DNA from: Escherichia coli
GTDB lineage: Bacteria; Pseudomonadota; Gammaproteobacteria; Enterobacterales; Enterobacteriaceae
Length of the DNA stretch: 64,000 bases
Reading direction: 5' to 3' (one strand)
NCBI RefSeq assembly: GCF_044647545.1
Contig: NZ_CP172818.1
Shown piece by piece: positions 46,326-58,376 of this stretch. Both the position numbers and the translations under genes were made by a program. The notes below the pieces were generated by a model. That model was not told the DNA's origin, did no database searches, and saw only the letters and a list, made by a program, of their open reading frames with translations. Position 1 is the stretch's first letter. Every line of letters starts with the position of its first letter.

Positions 46326-46440
46326 GCCATTGATCGGTCGTTGAAGTAAATATTCACACCTTAGCCGACCTGTTCCCCTCACCCTAACCCTCCCCAAACC
46401 GAAAGGGGACAGATCAGGCTGTATTCAGGAGCATCCAACA

Positions 46441-47481
46441 TCAGGCCAACAGCGCCAACCCGCCGACAATCACACCAGACACTGCCACCATCGCCCCTGT
46501 CAGCCATAAGGCTTTCGCCGGGAACGCTTTGCGCAGCATAATCAGTGACGGCAAACTCACCGCCGGGAGCGTCATCAACAATGCCAGCGCCGGAGCGGTT
46601 CCCATGCCTGCCAGCATCATCGTTTGTACAATCGGAATTTCTGCTGCCGTGGGAATGACAAACAAGCATCCTGCCACCGCCATCGCCACCACCCACATCA
46701 GGCTGTTATCGACAGCACCATCGGCATGGGGGAATAACCAGACGCGAGCGGCACCCAACACCAGTACTGCAAGGATGTAAACCGGGATCGTACTCCAGAA
46801 AAGCGTCCATAGCGCCCTGCCCCAGCGGCTAAAAAATCCTCCCTGTGCTTCCGGTATGTCAATTTCGACCGGTGCCTGCGTTTGCGGTGTTTCACGCACC
46901 CATTTTTGCACCAGCGTCGCAATCAGCAACACCATCACCAGCCCCGCCACCAGACGAATCGCGGCAAAGCCCCAGCCAAGGACAAATCCCATGAATACCA
47001 GCGTCGCCGGGTTTAACAACGGATTCCCCATCCAGAATGCCAGCGCGCCCCCCATCGATACCTGTTGACGCCGCATTCCCGCCGCGACCGGAGCCGCACA
47101 GCAGGTACACATCATGCCCGGCAGCGAAAACAGCGTTCCCAGCAGCGTGCCGCGAAAGCGCGATTGCCCAAGCGTACGCAATAACCAGTCACGCGGGATC
47201 AGCACCTGAATCAACGACCCGAGCAGTACGCCCAGCACCGCCGCTTTCCATACCGCGAGGAAATAGATCATCGCGTAATCCAACGCCGCCTGCCACGGAT
47301 TAGCATCCGCCTGCGCAAGGATAGATTTACCGATACTGTGGGTTTCGGCAGCAGTAAACGCTTTGCCGTAGTAAGGTTGCCATTTCACATACCAGAGACC
47401 AGCAATGACAACGAGAAAGAAAAGCGCGGGTTTCCACCACTGAATGGGCGTTGCCGCCTGAGATGAAGACTGACCAGTCAT
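46441..47481 (-). CDS. yraQ: Putative permease (DUF318)
   Basis: 346 aa membrane ORF. Confidence 0.85.
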   Translation of the reverse strand: MTGQSSSQAATPIQWWKPALFFLVVIAGLWYVKWQPYYGKAFTAAETHSIGKSILAQADANPWQAALDYAMIYFLAVWKAAVLGVLLGSLIQVLIPRDWLLRTLGQSRFRGTLLGTLFSLPGMMCTCCAAPVAAGMRRQQVSMGGALAFWMGNPLLNPATLVFMGFVLGWGFAAIRLVAGLVMVLLIATLVQKWVRETPQTQAPVEIDIPEAQGGFFSRWGRALWTLFWSTIPVYILAVLVLGAARVWLFPHADGAVDNSLMWVVAMAVAGCLFVIPTAAEIPIVQTMMLAGMGTAPALALLMTLPAVSLPSLIMLRKAFPAKALWLTGAMVAVSGVIVGGLALLA

Positions 47482-47553
47482 AGCATTCCCCAGGAATAAG
47501 ATATGATAATTGAGCGCGTGAATATTACGCTCACTATCATTTCTTGGGAATAA

Positions 47554-48199
<646 letters not shown>

Positions 48200-48226
48200 T
48201 TACAGAATTGTCTGCCTTGCGCTCCC

Positions 48227-48303
<77 letters not shown>

Positions 48304-48304
48304 T

Positions 48305-48814
<510 letters not shown>

Positions 48815-48835
<21 letters not shown>

Positions 48836-49258
48836 GTTACGTAGCCAGATCATTTTTTTACCAAAGCCCAGCGTGTTGTCGGTGAATTTGATTTCATCAA
48901 GCCGGATTTCCCACACCGGTGCCGACAGCATTCTGGCAACCGGAAAGCGACGATTGTACGCCTGGCGCGCAAGGTCGCTTTCCTCACCTTCAAGCCTGCG
49001 GATCTCGCCTTTAAATTGCACGCCGCGAATTAACGCTACCGTTTTCGGCTGACCGTTTACCGTTCCGGCAACTGCCGCCTGCGGCCCACTCATCTGCGCG
49101 TGGCGCGTTTTTTCTTCCGTCAAAATGTAGAAGGCGACTTTCTGTGTATCAAAAAGATAAAAGGCATTAGCGCACCAGAGTTCCCCTTCCTGCTGTACAC
49201 ACCAGGTGACAACATGTTGTTTTTCCAGCCAACGGCTGATGGCGGTGAGTGTTTCCAT
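48815..49258 (-). CDS. yhbP: UPF0306 / PNPOx-like FMN-binding protein
   Basis: 147 aa ORF. Confidence 0.85.
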
Positions 49259-49308
49259 TGCTGTTCTCTTTTATACTGTGGGCCTGACCTTAACATGCGA
49301 CGCAGACG

Positions 49309-49611
49309 ATGACACCCTGGTTTCTTTACTTGATCCGTACCGCCGACAATAAGCTTTATACCGGGATCACCACAGATGTCGAACGCCGCTATCAGCAGCA
49401 CCAAAGCGGCAAAGGGGCGAAAGCACTGCGCGGGAAAGGAGAACTAACGCTGGCGTTTTCCGCGCCAGTAGGCGATCGTTCGCTGGCACTACGGGCGGAA
49501 TATCGCGTTAAGCAACTGACCAAACGGCAAAAAGAGCGTCTGGTAGCGGAAGGCACAGGGTTTGCAGAACTGTTGAGCAGCCTGCAAACCCCAAAGATTA
49601 AAAGCGATTGA
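49309..49611 (+). CDS. yhbQ: GIY-YIG domain protein
   Basis: 100 aa ORF; [22 protein letters not shown]-like motif. Confidence 0.85.
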   Translation: MTPWFLYLIRTADNKLYTGITTDVERRYQQHQSGKGAKALRGKGELTLAFSAPVGDRSLALRAEYRVKQLTKRQKERLVAEGTGFAELLSSLQTPKIKSD

Positions 49612-50101
49612 AGTGCTCGTGATACTCAACCAGACCAGTTACACCGTTCAGCGCGTCATCCGCTAAACGATGTACCTGGAAGGCACTTTCAGTGCCCGGC
49701 CAGCGGCAACGCAGATCGTGATGTGCCGCCAGTTCAAAGCCGAAACGGCTGTACAGCGCCGGATCGCCCAGCGTCACCACTGCGGCATAGCCGAACTCAT
49801 TAAGCGAATCGAGTCCTTCATAGACCAGTTGGCGTGCCAGCCCCTGTCCACGGTATTTTTCATCTACCGCCAGCGGTGCCATGCCGACCCATTGCAGGTC
49901 TTCGCCCTGCACATCAACCGGACTAAATGCCACATAGCCAATGACCTGACCTTCGTCATCTGTCGCCACCAGCCCCAGCGTCAGAAAGCCATCTTCACGC
50001 AGATCGTGAACCAGCTTCGCTTCCGCATCACTTTCGAATGAACGACGCAGCAGGGCATCAATACCCGGCGCATCAATGGGAATTTCTACTCGAATTAGCA
50101 T
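49598..50101 (-). CDS. yhbS: GNAT-family N-acetyltransferase
   Basis: 167 aa ORF. Confidence 0.85.
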   Translation of the reverse strand: MLIRVEIPIDAPGIDALLRRSFESDAEAKLVHDLREDGFLTLGLVATDDEGQVIGYVAFSPVDVQGEDLQWVGMAPLAVDEKYRGQGLARQLVYEGLDSLNEFGYAAVVTLGDPALYSRFGFELAAHHDLRCRWPGTESAFQVHRLADDALNGVTGLVEYHEHFNRF

Positions 50102-50619
50102 GGTTCACCTACCGATGTCTGTTTGGTTTCAGGCGCGGTTTTCATTCCCGCCTCAACAAAATCCGCCAGTTGCAGCAGCATCATGCGTAAGGCTTTCGGC
50201 ATTTGCTCCAGTTCAATGGCGTCCATCAGGTTTTTCACATACAGCCCCAGCTCCGTATCGCCTTCAATTACCAGCCGACGCTGGAAGAAGAGCGTATCCG
50301 GATCTTGTTTACGCGCCGCAATCATCAGCAGATCGCTGGCGTCGGCACTAAAACTCACATCAGCTTGCGCGTTCTGGCTAACGACCAGTTTGCCATTCAC
50401 CACCGAGGTAAACCATTGCAGGTCAATATCACGCACATGAATACTTAACCAGCGGCCTTCAAGAAACTCCAGCTCGCCATCATCCAACGCCTGGCGGAAT
50501 TGCCAGCTTAAGACCTGCTCAAGAACCTGGCGTTTTAGCGCAAATGGCGTCAGTTTTACCGGTACACTCAACAGAGATGGCCCCAAATGCACAATACGGG
50601 AACGCAGTTTATCCAACAC
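50095..50619 (-). CDS. ubiT: SCP2-domain protein, anaerobic ubiquinone biosynthesis accessory factor (GTG start)
   Basis: GTG start yielding (M)LDKLRSRIVHLGPS, 174 aa. Confidence 0.8.
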   Translation of the reverse strand: MLDKLRSRIVHLGPSLLSVPVKLTPFALKRQVLEQVLSWQFRQALDDGELEFLEGRWLSIHVRDIDLQWFTSVVNGKLVVSQNAQADVSFSADASDLLMIAARKQDPDTLFFQRRLVIEGDTELGLYVKNLMDAIELEQMPKALRMMLLQLADFVEAGMKTAPETKQTSVGEPC

Positions 50620-50827
50620 GAGTTTTACTCCCTGTTTCAACAATCATCCTATTTTGCCATATCAGAAAAATAACATAGCGGTATAAATCAACAATTCCAT
50701 ATGAAATTGCTGCTACCACCAATACAACTTTAACTGCCTTAAATCAAAAATTGTCGCAGCAAGGTTAACTAAAATCCCAGTTCGTTAACATTTTTGCGCT
50801 TTGATAGCGCAACCTTCAGGAAAAATT

Positions 50828-51823
50828 ATGGAGCTGCTCTGCCCTGCCGGAAATCTCCCGGCGCTTAAGGCGGCCATCGAAAACGGCGCAGATGCTGTTT
50901 ATATCGGGCTAAAAGATGATACCAATGCCCGTCACTTCGCCGGCCTTAACTTTACCGAGAAAAAATTGCAGGAAGCGGTGAGTTTTGTCCATCAACATCG
51001 CCGCAAACTTCACATCGCGATTAACACTTTTGCGCATCCGGACGGTTACGCCCGCTGGCAGCGCGCCGTGGATATGGCGGCGCAGCTGGGTGCCGACGCG
51101 CTGATCCTCGCCGACCTCGCCATGCTGGAGTACGCCGCCGAGCGTTACCCGCATATTGAGCGTCATGTGTCAGTGCAGGCTTCGGCGACCAATGAAGAGG
51201 CGATTAACTTTTATCATCGCCATTTTGACGTTGCCCGCGTGGTGCTGCCGCGCGTGTTGTCGATTCATCAGGTGAAACAACTGGCACGGGTCACACCTAT
51301 CCCGCTGGAAGTGTTTGCTTTCGGCAGCCTGTGCATTATGTCGGAAGGCCGTTGCTATCTGTCGTCGTATCTGACGGGTGAGTCGCCCAACACTGTGGGT
51401 GCGTGTTCTCCGGCCCGTTTCGTGCGCTGGCAACAAACGCCGCAGGGGCTGGAATCCCGCCTGAACGAAGTGCTGATCGACCGTTATCAGGACGGCGAAA
51501 ACGCAGGTTATCCGACGCTGTGTAAAGGGCGTTATCTGGTGGACGGCGAGCGCTATCACGCGCTGGAAGAACCCACCAGTCTCAATACCCTGGAACTGCT
51601 GCCGGAGTTAATGGCAGCGAATATTGCTTCGGTGAAAATTGAAGGCCGCCAGCGTAGCCCGGCGTATGTCAGCCAGGTGGCGAAAGTCTGGCGTCAGGCT
51701 ATCGACCGTTGTAAGGCCGATCCGCAAAACTTCGTACCGCAAAGCGCGTGGATGGAGACGCTCGGGTCGATGTCCGAAGGCACGCAGACCACCCTTGGCG
51801 CGTATCACCGTAAATGGCAGTGA
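50828..51823 (+). CDS. ubiU: U32-peptidase-family protein, O2-independent ubiquinone hydroxylation
   Basis: Start at MELLCPAGNLPALK gives 331 aa. Confidence 0.9.
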   Translation: MELLCPAGNLPALKAAIENGADAVYIGLKDDTNARHFAGLNFTEKKLQEAVSFVHQHRRKLHIAINTFAHPDGYARWQRAVDMAAQLGADALILADLAMLEYAAERYPHIERHVSVQASATNEEAINFYHRHFDVARVVLPRVLSIHQVKQLARVTPIPLEVFAFGSLCIMSEGRCYLSSYLTGESPNTVGACSPARFVRWQQTPQGLESRLNEVLIDRYQDGENAGYPTLCKGRYLVDGERYHALEEPTSLNTLELLPELMAANIASVKIEGRQRSPAYVSQVAKVWRQAIDRCKADPQNFVPQSAWMETLGSMSEGTQTTLGAYHRKWQ

Positions 51824-51831
51824 GAAGAGCA

Positions 51832-52710
51832 ATGAAATATTCCTTAGGGCCAGTGCTGTGGTACTGGCCAAAAGAGACGCTGGAAGAATTTTATCAGCAG
51901 GCCGCCGCCAGCAGCGCCGACGTGATTTATCTTGGTGAAGCGGTCTGTAGCAAACGCCGGGCAACCAAAGTTGGCGACTGGCTGGAGATGGCAAAATCGC
52001 TCGCCGGAAGTGGCAAGCAGATTGTGCTCTCCACGCTGGCACTGGTGCAGGCATCCTCCGAACTGGGCGAACTGAAACGCTATGTTGAGAACGGTGAGTT
52101 TCTGATTGAAGCCAGCGATCTCGGCGTGGTGAATATGTGCGCTGAACGCAAACTGCCGTTCGTCGCCGGGCACGCGCTGAACTGCTACAACGCGGTGACG
52201 CTGAAAATATTGCTCAAACAGGGCATGATGCGCTGGTGTATGCCGGTGGAGCTTTCCCGCGACTGGTTGGTGAATCTGCTTAATCAGTGCGATGAGCTGG
52301 GCATTCGCAACCAGTTTGAAGTGGAAGTCCTGAGCTACGGTCATCTGCCGCTGGCCTACTCCGCCCGCTGCTTTACCGCGCGTTCGGAAGACCGCCCAAA
52401 AGATGAGTGTGAAACCTGCTGCATTAAGTATCCGAACGGGCGCAACGTGCTGTCGCAGGAAAACCAACAAGTGTTTGTACTCAATGGCATTCAGACCATG
52501 AGCGGCTACGTTTACAACCTCGGTAACGAGCTGGCATCCATGCAGGGGCTGGTCGATGTGGTCCGCCTGTCACCGCAGGGTACTGACACTTTCGCAATGC
52601 TCGACGCCTTCCGCGCTAATGAAAATGGCGCTGCGCCACTACCGCTGACGGCAAACAGCGACTGTAACGGCTACTGGCGGCGGCTGGCAGGACTGGAGCT
52701 GCAAGCCTAA
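51832..52710 (+). CDS. ubiV: U32-peptidase-family protein, partner of UbiU
   Basis: Start at MKYSLGPVLWYWPK gives 292 aa. Confidence 0.9.
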   Translation: MKYSLGPVLWYWPKETLEEFYQQAAASSADVIYLGEAVCSKRRATKVGDWLEMAKSLAGSGKQIVLSTLALVQASSELGELKRYVENGEFLIEASDLGVVNMCAERKLPFVAGHALNCYNAVTLKILLKQGMMRWCMPVELSRDWLVNLLNQCDELGIRNQFEVEVLSYGHLPLAYSARCFTARSEDRPKDECETCCIKYPNGRNVLSQENQQVFVLNGIQTMSGYVYNLGNELASMQGLVDVVRLSPQGTDTFAMLDAFRANENGAAPLPLTANSDCNGYWRRLAGLELQA

Positions 52711-52790
52711 GCAAATAGCTCACTTTGTTAACAACTTTAACTACTCTTTAATGCAGTATTAAAGATTAATCGGTAACAAAGTGAGCTGTT

Positions 52791-53798
52791 ATGACTGATA
52801 AAACCATTCCGTTTTCGCTACTCGATCTGGCCCCTATTCCCGAAGGTTCTTCAGCGCGAGAAGCGTTCTCCCACTCTCTCGACCTCGCCCGTCTGGCTGA
52901 AAAGCGCGGCTATCATCGCTACTGGCTGGCTGAACACCACAATATGACCGGTATTGCCAGTGCTGCAACATCAGTTTTGATTGGCTATCTGGCGGCGAAT
53001 ACCACTACGCTGCATCTGGGGTCTGGCGGTGTGATGTTGCCTAATCACTCACCATTGGTGATCGCCGAACAGTTCGGCACGCTTAATACGTTCTATCCGG
53101 GGCGAATCGATTTGGGGCTGGGTCGCGCGCCGGGTAGTGACCAGCGAACCATGATGGCTCTACGTCGTCATATGAGCGGCGATATTGATAATTTTCCCCG
53201 CGATGTCGCGGAGCTGGTGGACTGGTTTGACGCCCGCGATCCCAATCCGCATGTGCGCCCGGTACCAGGCTATGGCGAGAAAATCCCCGTGTGGTTGTTA
53301 GGCTCCAGCCTTTACAGCGCGCAACTGGCGGCGCAGCTTGGTCTGCCGTTTGCGTTTGCCTCACACTTCGCGCCGGATATGTTGTTCCAGGCGCTGCATC
53401 TTTATCGCAGCAACTTCAAACCGTCGGCACGGTTGGAGAAACCGTATGCGATGGTGTGCATCAATATTATCGCCGCCGACAGCAACCGCGACGCTGAATT
53501 TCTGTTTACCTCGATGCAGCAAGCCTTTGTGAAGCTGCGCCGTGGCGAAACCGGGCAACTGCCGCCGCCGATTCAAAATATGGATCAGTTCTGGTCACCG
53601 TCCGAGCAGTATGGCGTGCAGCAGGCGCTGAGTATGTCGCTGGTGGGTGATAAAGCGAAAGTGCGTCATGGTTTGCAGTCGATCCTGCGCGAAACCGACG
53701 CCGATGAGATTATGGTTAACGGGCAGATTTTCGACCACCAGGCGCGCCTGCATTCGTTTGAGCTGGTGATGGATGTGAAGGAAGAATTATTGGGGTAG
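52791..53798 (+). CDS. yhbW: Luciferase-like (LLM) flavin-dependent monooxygenase
   Basis: 335 aa ORF. Confidence 0.9.
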   Translation: MTDKTIPFSLLDLAPIPEGSSAREAFSHSLDLARLAEKRGYHRYWLAEHHNMTGIASAATSVLIGYLAANTTTLHLGSGGVMLPNHSPLVIAEQFGTLNTFYPGRIDLGLGRAPGSDQRTMMALRRHMSGDIDNFPRDVAELVDWFDARDPNPHVRPVPGYGEKIPVWLLGSSLYSAQLAAQLGLPFAFASHFAPDMLFQALHLYRSNFKPSARLEKPYAMVCINIIAADSNRDAEFLFTSMQQAFVKLRRGETGQLPPPIQNMDQFWSPSEQYGVQQALSMSLVGDKAKVRHGLQSILRETDADEIMVNGQIFDHQARLHSFELVMDVKEELLG

Positions 53799-53810
53799 TG
53801 TGTTTTAACG

Positions 53811-53915
53811 TAGGAAGCCTTATCCGAGATGGTAACGCTGTCCTACACAATGCCTGATAAGCGAAGCGCATCAGGCATTGTGTAGGCAGCAGAAATGTCG
53901 GATAAGGCACCGCTG
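53811..53915. repeat. REP element cluster
   Basis: gccttatccgagatgg ... tgcctgataagcgaagcgcatcaggca ... gtcggataaggcac. Confidence 0.6.
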
Positions 53916-53916
53916 A

Positions 53917-55161
53917 TTACTGATACACCGGCAGCAAATTAAAGCTCGATAAGATATGGACCAGTGCGTTGCCAACGCCAAATACCAGAATCAGCATAAT
54001 CATCGGCTTGCCGCCCCAGACGCGGAATTTCGGGCTACCAAAGCGTTTACGCGATGCGCGGGCCAACAGCGCCGGAACAATTGCCGCCCAGATGGTAGCC
54101 GCTAAGCCAGCATAACCAATGGCGTACAGGAATCCGTTAGGAAACAGCAGGCCACCCACAACAGGCGGGGCAAAGGTCAGCAACGCTGTTTTCAAACGGC
54201 CCATAGCCGAGTCGTCGAAACCAAACAGATCTGCCAGATAGTCAAACAAACCCAGCGTTACGCCAAGGAACGAACTCGCTACCGCAAAGTTTGAGAATAC
54301 GACCAGCAGAAGATCCAGGCTACGGCTGTTCAGCACGCCGCTTAACGCCTGTACCAGCACATCAATATTACCGCCCTTCTCGGCGATGCCGATAAACTCC
54401 GGACGAGGGATGTTGCCCATCGTCGCCAGCAACCAGATGGTATACAGCGCCAGCGCCATCAGCGTACCGTACACCAGGCATTTCACGATGGTTTTCGGAT
54501 CTTTGCCGTAATACTTCATCAGGCTCGGCACGTTACCGTGATAACCAAACGATGCCAGACAGAATGGCAGTGTCATCAGCAGATACGGCGCATAAGACGC
54601 ATTGCTTTCGGCGACGTTGAACAATGTCGCAGGCTGTACATGCCCCAGTAGGCTACCGAAGGTGAGGAAGAAGGTAATGACTTTCGCACCCAGCACAATC
54701 GCCGTCATCCGGCTGACCGCTTTGGTGCTCAACCACACCACAAACGCCACCAGCAGTGCAAAACCAAAACCCGCTGCCCGTGCCGGGACGTTCAATGACA
54801 TCTCTGCGAAGGTATGATGCAGAATCGAACCGCTGGCAGAAATATAGGCATAGGTCAGGATATAGAGCACAAAGGCAATGGAAATGCCGTTGACCACGTT
54901 CCAGCCTTTGCCCAGCAAATCTTTGGTGATGGTGTCAAAGCTAGAACCGATTCGGTAATTCAGGTTAGCTTCCAGAATCATCAAGCCGGAATGCAGCATA
55001 CAGAACCAGGTAAAGATCAGCGCCGCCATTGACCAGAAGAACCACGCCCCGGACATGACCACAGGCAGAGAAAACATCCCTGCGCCAATAATGGTGCCGC
55101 CGATAATCACCACGCCGCCAAGCAGCGACGGTGACGTTTGGGTGGTGGTTAGTGTTGCCAT
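53917..55161 (-). CDS. mtr: Tryptophan-specific permease
   Basis: 414 aa membrane ORF. Confidence 0.9.
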   Translation of the reverse strand: MATLTTTQTSPSLLGGVVIIGGTIIGAGMFSLPVVMSGAWFFWSMAALIFTWFCMLHSGLMILEANLNYRIGSSFDTITKDLLGKGWNVVNGISIAFVLYILTYAYISASGSILHHTFAEMSLNVPARAAGFGFALLVAFVVWLSTKAVSRMTAIVLGAKVITFFLTFGSLLGHVQPATLFNVAESNASYAPYLLMTLPFCLASFGYHGNVPSLMKYYGKDPKTIVKCLVYGTLMALALYTIWLLATMGNIPRPEFIGIAEKGGNIDVLVQALSGVLNSRSLDLLLVVFSNFAVASSFLGVTLGLFDYLADLFGFDDSAMGRLKTALLTFAPPVVGGLLFPNGFLYAIGYAGLAATIWAAIVPALLARASRKRFGSPKFRVWGGKPMIMLILVFGVGNALVHILSSFNLLPVYQ

Positions 55162-55214
55162 GAGGGCTTCTCTCCAGTGAAAAATAGTGCGACTGCGTTG
55201 TTATGCATTGCACT

Positions 55215-55232
55215 GTACCAGTACATGAGTAC
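55215..55232 (-). promoter_or_regulatory. Candidate TrpR operator in the mtr promoter
   Basis: gtaccagtacatgagtac, an imperfect palindrome with GTAC half-sites resembling the trp operator, ~55-70 bp upstream of the mtr start. Confidence 0.4.
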
Positions 55233-55240
55233 AAAAGACA

Positions 55241-55272
55241 GAAAAAAAGCCCCGATTGTTAAAATCGGGGCT
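55241..55272 (-). terminator. Rho-independent terminator downstream of deaD
   Basis: Plus strand aaaaaaagccccgattgttaaaatcggggct (A run, then stem), i.e. stem + U run on the minus strand. Confidence 0.6.
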
Positions 55273-55314
55273 GTATATATTATTTTACAGACTGTATTCG
55301 CTGTTCAGCGATGA

Positions 55315-57204
55315 TTACGCATCGCCACCGAAACGACGACGACCGGTAGAGTCATCACGACGCGGTGCGCGGCCTTCACGACGTTCGCCGCTAAAACGAC
55401 GACCATCACCACGGCCACCTTCACGGCGTTCACCGCTGAAGTTACGACCGCCTTCACGACGTTCGCCACCGAAACCACGACCACCGCCACGACGCTCACC
55501 GCCAGTATGCGGCTGTGCATCGCCCAGTAACTGCATATTCATCGGCTTGTTGAGAATGCGAGTACGCGTAAAGTGTTGCAGCACTTCACCCGGCATACCT
55601 TTCGGCAGTTCGATGGTGGAGTGAGAAGCAAACAGCTTGATGTTACCGATGTAACGGCTGCTGATGTCGCCTTCGTTAGCAATCGCACCAACGATATGAC
55701 GAACTTCAACACCATCATCGCGGCCCACTTCAATGCGGTACAGCTGCATATCGCCAACATCACGACGTTCACGACGCGGACGATCTTCACGGTCACCACG
55801 CGGGCCACGGTCGTTACGATCGCGCGGACCACGGTCATCACGGTCACGGAATTCACGTTTCGGACGCATCGGCGCATCTGGCGGAACAATCAGAGTACGT
55901 TCACCCTGTGCCATTTTCAGCAGTGCGGCGGCCAGAGTTTCGAGATCCAGCTCTTCACCTTCTGCCGTCGGCTGAATTTTGCTCAGCAGTGCACGGTATT
56001 GATCCAGATCGCTGCTTTCCAGCTGCTGCTGTACTTTAGCGGCGAATTTTTCCAGACGACGTTTGCCCAGCAGTTCTGCGTTCGGCAGTTCAACTTCCGG
56101 AATGGTCAGCTTCATGGTGCGTTCAATGTTACGCAGCAGACGACGCTCACGGTTCTCAACGAACAGCAGCGCACGGCCAGCACGGCCCGCACGACCAGTA
56201 CGACCGATACGGTGAACGTAAGACTCAGAATCCATCGGGATATCGTAGTTAACTACCAGGCTGATACGCTCAACGTCCAGGCCACGGGCCGCAACGTCGG
56301 TCGCAATCAGGATGTCCAGACGACCATCTTTCAGTCGTTCCAGTGTCTGCTCACGCAGCGCCTGGTTCATGTCACCGTTCAGCGCGGCGCTGTTGTAGCC
56401 GTTACGCTCAAGGGCTTCTGCCACTTCCAGAGTCGCGTTTTTGGTACGAACGAAGATAATCGCCGCATCAAAATCTTCCGCTTCCAGGAAACGTACCAGT
56501 GCTTCGTTTTTACGCATACCCCAGACAGTCCAGTAGCTCTGGCTGATGTCAGGACGGGTAGTCACGCTGGACTGAATGCGCACTTCCTGCGGCTCTTTCA
56601 TAAAGCGGCGGGTAATGCGACGAATCGCTTCCGGCATGGTTGCAGAGAACAGAGCGGTCTGATGACCTTCCGGGATCTGCGCCATAATAGTTTCAACGTC
56701 TTCGATGAAGCCCATGCGCAGCATTTCGTCAGCTTCATCCAGAACCAGACCGCTCAGTTTAGAGAGGTCCAGAGTGCCACGTTTCAGGTGGTCCAGCAGA
56801 CGGCCCGGAGTACCGACAACGATCTGCGGCCCCTGACGCAGGGCGCGTAATTGCACGTCATAACGCTGGCCGCCGTACAGGGCAACCACATTTACGCCGC
56901 GCATGTGTTTAGAGAAATCCGTCATTGCCTCAGCAACCTGTACCGCCAGTTCGCGGGTCGGTGCCAACACCAGAATCTGTGGTGCTTTCAGCTCAGGATC
57001 AAGATTCTGCAGCAGAGGTAAAGAGAATGCTGCAGTTTTTCCGCTCCCCGTCTGGGCCATACCCAGGACGTCGCGGCCATTCAGCAGATGTGGAATACAC
57101 TCTGCCTGAATTGGAGATGGTTTTTCGTAACCCAGATCGTTAAGGGCTTCAAGGATAGGAGCCTTCAGGCCCAGATCTGCAAAAGTGGTTTCGAATTCAG
57201 CCAT
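55315..57204 (-). CDS. deaD: DEAD-box RNA helicase (CsdA)
   Basis: Start at [21 protein letters not shown] gives 629 aa; Arg/Gly-rich repetitive C-terminus. Confidence 0.9.
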
Positions 57205-57383
57205 GTAGTACGTGTGCCTCAAAATTAATGGCGGCCAGTCTACATAACTCATCATGAAATTGATCAGCAATTTTCATTGAAAAGTGTGAACCGGCTCAAA
57301 GTAGGTGTATTAACGAACAACAACGCCCTCACCCGTTAAGGTGATGGCAATCAAAAAAGATTACGGGCTGATGTGTACGTCAG

Positions 57384-58268
57384 CTATTGCTGGTCCGATT
57401 CTGCCAGGTCATCTTGGTCCTGGCCCAGGAGCGATAATTCCAACAATGCGTATCGGTGCTCAACAAAGTTATGAACGTTGTTGGCAACCGCCAGTTTGAA
57501 CAGTGCCGTGGCGCTGTCCAAATCCCCCAGACTTAGGTAGTACTTACCTAAATAGAAGTTGGTTTCACTGAGATGCTCAGCGAGCGAGGTGTTATCCGTT
57601 GCGTCCGCCTTGAGCCTTTCCATTAACGTTTGTTCGCTAATGTTGCCCAGGTAGAACTCGACAATGTTCCATCCCCACTGTTCCTTATCCGATTTTTCGA
57701 AGTGCTGTTTCAACACTTCTTTAGCCTGCTTCTCATCGAGCTTCTGCTCGGCGAGATAAAGCCACAGACTACGGAAAGGATCATTAGGATCGTCTTGATA
57801 AAACGCCAGCAGATCATCTTGCGCTAACTTGTCACGACCGCCGTAATATAATGCGATCCCGCGATTCAAGTGCGCGTAGTTGTAAGTTGGATCAAGCTCA
57901 AGTACAGAATCAAACGCTTCATAGGCAGCATCAAAATTGCCTGCCTGCGTTAAATATATGCCTAAGTAATTGAATACTTCAGGCATATCCGGTCGGATTG
58001 CCAGCGCTTGCGAAAAATCGTTACGCGCTAATGCCCTCAGACCGAGACTATCATACAACACTCCGCGCTCATATAAAAGCTGTGCGCGTTCGTCATCGGT
58101 TAAAGCCCGACTGGCAAGGATTTGTTCCATACGTGCCAGAATCACTTCCTGCTGTAAAGTCGGTTGCAATGGTACCGCGAGGACTTCACTTTTACGCCAG
58201 GAAGTATTACTGCATCCTGCAAGCGTAAGTGCTGTCGCAACGAAACACCAGCGCAAAAAAGGCTTCAT
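57384..58268 (-). CDS. nlpI: TPR-repeat outer-membrane lipoprotein
   Basis: 294 aa ORF with lipoprotein signal (LAGC). Confidence 0.9.
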
Positions 58269-58376
58269 TTCCCACTCCCGAAGACCACGGTTGAATGAAC
58301 GTCCTGTTCCCGGTTGCTAACAAGGCGTCCTGCCCGGTTAAAAGCCCCCCGCCGCAGCGGAGGGCAAATGGCAACC

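Noticed and set aside
55573-56850. 425-aa ORF on the plus strand
   Set aside because: Antisense shadow of deaD; low-complexity translation.
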